Of a DNA stretch of 64,000 nucleotides, positions 58,152-64,000 are shown piece after piece. Positions within the stretch are counted from its first letter, which is position 1. Each line of letters opens with the position of its first letter. The stretch lies in the IMG/VR virus record IMGVR_UViG_3300044723_007969; one strand, 5' to 3'. Both the position numbers and the translations under genes were made by a program. Origin of the DNA: a virus. Lineage: Duplodnaviria; Caudoviricetes. The notes beneath the pieces were generated by a model. The model had not been told where the DNA came from and made no database searches. It worked only from the letters and a program-made list of their open reading frames with translations.

Positions 58152-59439
58152 GTACGGGGCGAAAGAGCCCGAGAAACTAAAAATTAAGGACATGACTCCT
58201 AGAGAAAAGGAGTTATTGATAGAGAGTGATACTTTCTGTATGCTACCATGGATGCATCTTCATGCATATCCAGACGGTAGGGCATACCCTTGTTGTTTTT
58301 CATTTGATCCATACCCAGTTGGAGATCTTAACAAAGAAAGTTTACAGGAAGTATTCAACGGTGACAAAATGAAAGAAATGCGGGTTAGGATGTTGAATAA
58401 TAAGAAATCTCGTGAATGTATGAAATGTTATGATCAAGAGAAATCTGGATTTTTTTCTCTACGTCTAAGTTCCAATAAGCACTTTGGACATAATATACCT
58501 TTGGTGCACAACACACTGCCAGACGGTGAAGCGGACTTTGTGATGAAGTACTGGGATATACGTTTCTCAAATTTATGTAACATGGCCTGCAGGAGTTGTG
58601 GTACATGGTTCAGCAGTAACTGGTACGAAGATCATAAAAAATTAACAGGCAGTCCGCCACCACATGCCAAGGTAATGAAAGTGGGAAGGTCTACAAACGA
58701 TATGTGGGAACAAATGTTAGAATCATTTGAACATACAGAACAGTTTTACTTTGCAGGCGGCGAACCTATCATAATGGAAGAGCATTACAGGATATTGAAA
58801 GAATTAGACAAACGTAAAATGTATCATGTGAGATTGATTTACAACACAAACTTCAGTAGAACAACATTTAAGGATATTGATGTTTTTGAACTATGGAACA
58901 AATTCGACTCGGTCTCAATCGGGGCGAGTCTAGATGCCGAAGGCCCTAGGGCAGAACTTATGCGTAAAGGAACTGTGTGGAAAGAAACAGTGGCAAACAG
59001 GAAACGTATGATGGAAGTTTGTCCACAGGTAGATTTCTACGTATCATCGACGGTGGGACTAGTTAATAGTTTGCACGTGACTGATTTCCATAAGAGTTGG
59101 GTAGAGCAAGGGTTGATTAAACCTGCAGATTTCAACTTCAATCTTTTACAACATCCAATATGGCAAAGGATGGACATACTACCACCAGAATATAAACAGC
59201 AGGTCAAGGAAAAATACGAGTTACACATAGAATGGTTGAAAGATAAAGATCCATTGACAAGGGCAACCAAAGGATACGAATCGGCGATCAACTGGATGCT
59301 TGAAAAGGATAATCAAAAACACCTAGATCAGCATATTGAACAAACAAAGAAATATGACAAAATGAGGAATGAGAACACATTAGACGTGTTCCCAGAATGG
59401 AAAGAACTGTTTGACAAGTATGACAAGAATAAAACCTAA
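58141..59439 (+). CDS. Radical SAM protein 3 (twitch-type)
   Basis: 'CNMACRSC', 'AGGEP', 'CMLPW...PCC...CMKC'. Confidence 0.9.
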   Translation: MAYEYGAKEPEKLKIKDMTPREKELLIESDTFCMLPWMHLHAYPDGRAYPCCFSFDPYPVGDLNKESLQEVFNGDKMKEMRVRMLNNKKSRECMKCYDQEKSGFFSLRLSSNKHFGHNIPLVHNTLPDGEADFVMKYWDIRFSNLCNMACRSCGTWFSSNWYEDHKKLTGSPPPHAKVMKVGRSTNDMWEQMLESFEHTEQFYFAGGEPIIMEEHYRILKELDKRKMYHVRLIYNTNFSRTTFKDIDVFELWNKFDSVSIGASLDAEGPRAELMRKGTVWKETVANRKRMMEVCPQVDFYVSSTVGLVNSLHVTDFHKSWVEQGLIKPADFNFNLLQHPIWQRMDILPPEYKQQVKEKYELHIEWLKDKDPLTRATKGYESAINWMLEKDNQKHLDQHIEQTKKYDKMRNENTLDVFPEWKELFDKYDKNKT

Positions 59440-60754
59440 AGACGGCAACAAAACATTCTGCATGGCACCGTGGACACACACGTACCTTTCACCTCAGATG
59501 GAAAGAAGGCTGTGTTGCAGTTCGAGAGAATCATCTGAAAACTTTAAACAGTACATAGACACAATAGATCCAAAAGGACACAATGATAAGATTAATCTAA
59601 CAACACTGGAACAGCATTGGAATTCAGATTACATGAAAAGTGTTAGATTGAAATTGTTGGCAGGTGAGGAGATACCACAGTGTGCTGTGTGCAATCACAA
59701 ACTGCTGAACGAACAGGTATACAGACAACACTTCAACTGGTTGTACAAAAACAAGATCGATGAGGCATTTGACAGCACAGACGAAACAGGTGCCACAACA
59801 ATGCAGACAGAAAGTTTTGACTACAGGTTCTCAAACCTATGTAACTTCAGTTGTAGGATGTGTGGTGACATGTTGAGCAGTAGTTGGGAGACCGAAAATA
59901 AAAAACACGGAAAAGGCGACTACGACAATTACAGGATCTGGGGCAGGAAAGACATCAAAGCACAACTAGAAAAGTTTCACGATCAGCAAGTGGTAAAAGA
60001 GTTCACACAGGCGGTCGAAGAGAAGCGTATCACCGAATTGTACTGGTGCGGTGGGGAACCTCTGATGTGGAAGATACACTGGGAAGCGATGAAGAGGATT
60101 GTTGAACTAGGTTATCAAGATCAAGTGTTAGCAAGGTATAACTCCAACATGAGTAGAATTAATTTTTACAAATACAACTTGTTTGATGATATATTAAAAC
60201 ATTTTCCAAATTGGCAAATATGTGCGTCGATCGACGGAACAGGAGAAGTGGGAGAATACATCAGGACTGGATTGAAGTATGACGAATGGAAAGCAAACAT
60301 GAAATATGGACTACAATTTGTAAAACAGCAGAATCAAAGGATGCAGTTGGATCTGACAATCACACTACCAGGGTTGTTTGATTTGGAAAACATGGTATTG
60401 TTGAGTAATGAATTAAACATCGAATTGCTGACAAAACAAGTTTTTAATTTCTCCAATGACAATGCAATGGCACCATTGTTCATGCCATATGATATAATGA
60501 GTGAGATAATAGACGATGCGAGAGAGAAGACTATCAAGTACAAGAATAGGAAGTTAAACAACTTCTTTGGACAGTTGGACGAGATGCAAAAACAAAAAAG
60601 GAATAACGAACTTGTATATGATGAGGAAACATACAAGCAAGGCCAGAAGCAAGGCAAGGGAGAAGTCGAACGTCTAGATAGGATCAGAGGCACAGACATT
60701 AAAAGGATATTAGCAAAAAACAAAAAGGCATTAGAGTGGTGGACAAGTATATAG
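59411..60754 (+). CDS. Radical SAM protein 4 (twitch-type; likely start 59420)
   Basis: 'CNFSCRMC', 'CGGEP', 'CMAPW...LCC...CAVC'. Confidence 0.9.
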   Translation: MTSMTRIKPKDGNKTFCMAPWTHTYLSPQMERRLCCSSRESSENFKQYIDTIDPKGHNDKINLTTLEQHWNSDYMKSVRLKLLAGEEIPQCAVCNHKLLNEQVYRQHFNWLYKNKIDEAFDSTDETGATTMQTESFDYRFSNLCNFSCRMCGDMLSSSWETENKKHGKGDYDNYRIWGRKDIKAQLEKFHDQQVVKEFTQAVEEKRITELYWCGGEPLMWKIHWEAMKRIVELGYQDQVLARYNSNMSRINFYKYNLFDDILKHFPNWQICASIDGTGEVGEYIRTGLKYDEWKANMKYGLQFVKQQNQRMQLDLTITLPGLFDLENMVLLSNELNIELLTKQVFNFSNDNAMAPLFMPYDIMSEIIDDAREKTIKYKNRKLNNFFGQLDEMQKQKRNNELVYDEETYKQGQKQGKGEVERLDRIRGTDIKRILAKNKKALEWWTSI

Positions 60755-61917
60755 ATTCAAACATATGTCCATTACCTTGGACACATTTAGAAGTTGATGT
60801 AAATGGTGGAGCATCGCCTTGCTGTCTGTACAAGGGTAGTATTCCTGACGTTAAGGTGTATAAACAAAGTCTAAAGTCCATACAGCAAACAGAATACATG
60901 GAAGTTTTAAGAAAGAAATTCAAGGACGGTGAACGTCCTAAAGGTTGTCAAAGTTGTTGGCAAGAAGAAGATGCAGGCAAAACTTCCAAAAGGCAAAATT
61001 CGATCTACAAAATGCGTGGTAGTTTACAAAACTGGACACCTAATAGCGAGCCAGCACTAAAGTTTATTGACTTTAAGTTGGGCAACGTGTGTAATTTAAA
61101 GTGTAGGATATGTGGATCGTGGAGTTCCTCGAAATGGGCTCAGGAAGAAATAGACTATGAAACAGCCAAAGGAGGAGACAATCCTGTCGCCAGAAAGCAA
61201 CTCAAGGAAGGTGGATGGCCAAAACGTAACCCACAATTTTTTGAGGAGTTACAGGAGGATCTGAAACATGTGGAGTACTTCGAATTCACAGGCGGCGAAC
61301 CGTTCATGATCAAAGACCACTTCAAGATACTGATGCACTGTGTTGAAAAAGGATATGCAAAGAACATAGACATACACTACAACACAAATGGCACGCAGTT
61401 GCCACCACAGTCGATATTTGACCTATGGAGTTATTTCAAACATGTCGAGATAGCATTCAGCATAGACGACGTGGGAGAGCCTTTTGAATATCAGAGACAT
61501 CCTGCCAAGTGGAGAGAAGTAAATCAGAATCTTGTCAAGTTCAAGGAAATGAGAACTCCTAACATGGACTTCCAGATATGCTCCACAGTCAATATATTCA
61601 ATGTGTTCAACTGGGCCAAGATGGCACTATGGGTGGCACAATTCCAACCTAAGTTTTTCTATGTGAACACCTGCTTTGATCCAGACGTGTTTAACATACA
61701 GACACTGCCACAACAGGTCAAAGACATAGTCACAGACAGATACAACATGCTCACGGACTATCAACCCAGCATACGGTTTATGAATGCCGCTGACAGGGAC
61801 ACACCTGAGATCAGAGAACAACGTAAGGCAAGGATATTACAGACAGACAAGTACAGGAAAGAAAATTTTGGAGATATGTTTCCACTTCTAAATAAGGTAT
61901 TAAAGATATATGAGTGA
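60736..61917 (+). CDS. Radical SAM protein 5 (twitch-type)
   Basis: 'CNLKCRIC', 'TGGEP', 'CPLPW...PCC...CQSCW'. Confidence 0.9.
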   Translation: MVDKYIDSNICPLPWTHLEVDVNGGASPCCLYKGSIPDVKVYKQSLKSIQQTEYMEVLRKKFKDGERPKGCQSCWQEEDAGKTSKRQNSIYKMRGSLQNWTPNSEPALKFIDFKLGNVCNLKCRICGSWSSSKWAQEEIDYETAKGGDNPVARKQLKEGGWPKRNPQFFEELQEDLKHVEYFEFTGGEPFMIKDHFKILMHCVEKGYAKNIDIHYNTNGTQLPPQSIFDLWSYFKHVEIAFSIDDVGEPFEYQRHPAKWREVNQNLVKFKEMRTPNMDFQICSTVNIFNVFNWAKMALWVAQFQPKFFYVNTCFDPDVFNIQTLPQQVKDIVTDRYNMLTDYQPSIRFMNAADRDTPEIREQRKARILQTDKYRKENFGDMFPLLNKVLKIYE

Positions 61918-62731
61918 TAAATTTATACAGAAAAAAATAATAGCAGGAGGTTGCAGTTTCACGTTTGGCAATGAACTCAGTGATGACGTGGGAGGAAATG
62001 CACCATCTAAAAAAACATGGGCGTATAAGTTAGCCAATCAATTCAGTCCAACTGACACTTACGTCTGTACAGCGGTTCCTGGTAGCGGTAACTCGGGAAT
62101 AGCACGTGCAGTTTTCAATGAAATATCCAAATATCCAGCAGAAGAGATAAGGGGAGTTTCCGTGATGTGGAGTTTCCTGTCTAGGTACGATTGGGCCATG
62201 CCGCGACACAGACTGCTAGAGGATTCACGATGGACGACCATAAGTCCATGGGATACCAGCATCAACAATGATGAGAAGGTTAAGATCACAGCATCATCAC
62301 AGGTGCAAACAGACTGGTGGAAGGATAGGAATGCACTGTTACAAGAGACAGGAGTCAAACCCTTCGCAGAATCGATCTACAAACACGCCGCCAATCAATA
62401 CCACGAGACCTATTTGAGTTGGAAGAGCATAATTTGGTTACAGAACATATTGGAAAAGAAGAAAATACCATTCATGTTCACACTGGCGGACAACACCCTG
62501 TTCTACGATGTGTTTGATCACCACAAGGATCAGGATCCATTCATGACTGCACTACACAGTGAAATTGATTTTACCAAGTGGTTCAGTTTTGGAGAACGCA
62601 TGATGGGATTCAACCAATGGGCAACGTTGAATGATTACGAGTATGCTACGACACATCCACTAGACAAGGCGCACGAAGATGCTATAATATTAATGTTGCC
62701 GACTTTTAAAAAACTGATAGGAGAAAAATAA
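61910..62731 (+). CDS. SGNH-fold protein (GCS variant)
   Basis: 'AGGCSFTFG', 'PGSGNSGIAR', C-terminal 'THPLDKAH'. Confidence 0.65.
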   Translation: MSDKFIQKKIIAGGCSFTFGNELSDDVGGNAPSKKTWAYKLANQFSPTDTYVCTAVPGSGNSGIARAVFNEISKYPAEEIRGVSVMWSFLSRYDWAMPRHRLLEDSRWTTISPWDTSINNDEKVKITASSQVQTDWWKDRNALLQETGVKPFAESIYKHAANQYHETYLSWKSIIWLQNILEKKKIPFMFTLADNTLFYDVFDHHKDQDPFMTALHSEIDFTKWFSFGERMMGFNQWATLNDYEYATTHPLDKAHEDAIILMLPTFKKLIGEK

Positions 62732-62835
62732 TGTTCAAATGGTTTAAAAAGATGATCAACAAGATCAGGGAAGAAATTCGTTACAGGAAAAGACTGAAAG
62801 AACTTAAGAAAAAAGACCCATTCATATACAAATAG
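62731..62835 (+). CDS. Unannotated 34-aa basic peptide MFKWFKKMINKIREEIRYRKRLKELKKKDPFIYK
   Basis: SD AGGAG, TAATG coupling upstream, next ATG 1 nt after the stop. Confidence 0.7.
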   Translation: MFKWFKKMINKIREEIRYRKRLKELKKKDPFIYK

Positions 62836-62836
62836 G

Positions 62837-63370
62837 ATGTTGAACAAGAAACCTAAATTTGAACTGGTGGAGTTACCCTACATCGACGTGTCAGAGGATC
62901 CTGTGAGACCGGAATTGAGTCTAGAGTTCAGACAGGCGTACGGCAGGAAGATATACGGTATCAAGGACGAGGAGGGTGACATCGCCGCGGTGATGTGTTT
63001 CGCATTCACACACGGCATACCCAAGAGCGTTGAGGAGATGGATGCCATGAGCCGGGACGCCGCCATGCAGGCCATACACAGGGCGGGGGTGCAGGGTTCG
63101 ATAGCGATAGCATACACGGTGTGGGCCAAGAAGAAGGGTGGAGGAAAGCACATAGTGAACGAGGTGTACAAGATGATCAAGGGATCACATCACATAGATA
63201 GATTGATAACACTGTCACCATTGACAGACATGGCCAGGAAGTTCCACTTGAAGAACGGAGCCAAGGAGGTGCAAGTGAATCTGACCACGCAGAACTTCGA
63301 ATATAATGTGGAATTGTCCGAATGGGAGAAGTTCCGAGACAAGGCCAAACGGGTGTTGAGGATAGCATAA
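62837..63370 (+). CDS. GNAT-like hypothetical protein
   Basis: 'YTVWAKKKGGGKHIV', 'LSPLTDMARKFHLKNGA' resemble GNAT motifs A and B. Confidence 0.55.
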   Translation: MLNKKPKFELVELPYIDVSEDPVRPELSLEFRQAYGRKIYGIKDEEGDIAAVMCFAFTHGIPKSVEEMDAMSRDAAMQAIHRAGVQGSIAIAYTVWAKKKGGGKHIVNEVYKMIKGSHHIDRLITLSPLTDMARKFHLKNGAKEVQVNLTTQNFEYNVELSEWEKFRDKAKRVLRIA

Positions 63371-63371
63371 A

Positions 63372-64000
63372 ATGAGAATACTAGGTATCAACTGCATGAA
63401 CCATGACGCATCCATGAGTGTGGTGGATGGCAGGGAGATATTATGGGCCGCACACAGTGAACGTTATTCCAAGGTAAAGAATGATCACTTCCTGAACTGG
63501 GCAATAGTAAACGAAGCAATGACTTATGGTCCATTTGACAAAGTGGTATACTACGAGAGACCTTGGTTGAAGAAAACAAGACAATTCTACGCAGGACAAT
63601 TTGGTACTGCTTTAAGTTACACGGAAATGCCACAATGGCACTTGGATCACTTTGGGATAAAGATTGATGAGTATGTCAAACATCATGACTCACATGCCGC
63701 GGCAGGATATTTCACATCACCATTCAAAGATGAAGGTGCAACCATACTGACTGTTGATGCGATAGGAGAATGGGAGACTGTCAGCATATCCACTGCTGAC
63801 AAAGTTTGGATTGACAGGAAAGAGACCCTCAACTATCCACACTCGGTGGGCATACTGTATTCAGCATTCACATATCGTTGCGGACTTAAACCTGCAGAGG
63901 AAGAATACATCCTGATGGGCATGGCCGCATATGGCAAGCCCATATACAAAGATGACATATACGAGGACTTCGTGCACCAGTCTCCATTCAAGATGAAGAA
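63372..64000 (+). CDS. Carbamoyltransferase (CmcH/NodU/TobZ family), N-terminal part, truncated by the window edge
   Basis: Translated by hand: 'MRILGINCMNHDAS...ERYSKVKND', 'HHDSHAAAGYFTSPF', 'TVDAIGE', 'EEYILMGMAAYG'. Confidence 0.9.
   Translation, partial: MRILGINCMNHDASMSVVDGREILWAAHSERYSKVKNDHFLNWAIVNEAMTYGPFDKVVYYERPWLKKTRQFYAGQFGTALSYTEMPQWHLDHFGIKIDEYVKHHDSHAAAGYFTSPFKDEGATILTVDAIGEWETVSISTADKVWIDRKETLNYPHSVGILYSAFTYRCGLKPAEEEYILMGMAAYGKPIYKDDIYEDFVHQSPFKMK

Overview
This window is part of a large, AT-rich T4-like (myovirus) phage genome. It holds a head module on the minus strand (portal gp20, acidic core protein, protease gp21, scaffold gp22, major capsid gp23) preceded by a tape-measure-like gene. 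A central block contains gp26/gp51-like chaperones, an arginyl-tRNA-protein transferase-like gene, a ~440-nt highly structured non-coding element, a GIY-YIG endonuclease II, a histone-H1-like protein, gp46/gp47 and the late sigma factor gp55. A long plus-strand baseplate/tail module follows (gp53, hub, gp5, gp25, gp6, a 4296-aa giant protein, paralogous fibre proteins, a Gly-rich Hint-domain protein with a hydroxylase/SDR/GNAT cassette). The window ends in a biosynthetic-type island of glycosyltransferases, five radical SAM paralogues, two SGNH proteins, a GNAT-like protein and a carbamoyltransferase. The most notable unexplained signals are the large structured ncRNA or origin candidate, the apparent virion-tailoring enzyme system, a -1 frameshift joining gp26 to a gp51-like ORF, a cloverleaf 5' leader, and a face-to-face promoter arrangement at gp55. 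All calls come from motif recognition by eye; no database search or folding program was run.
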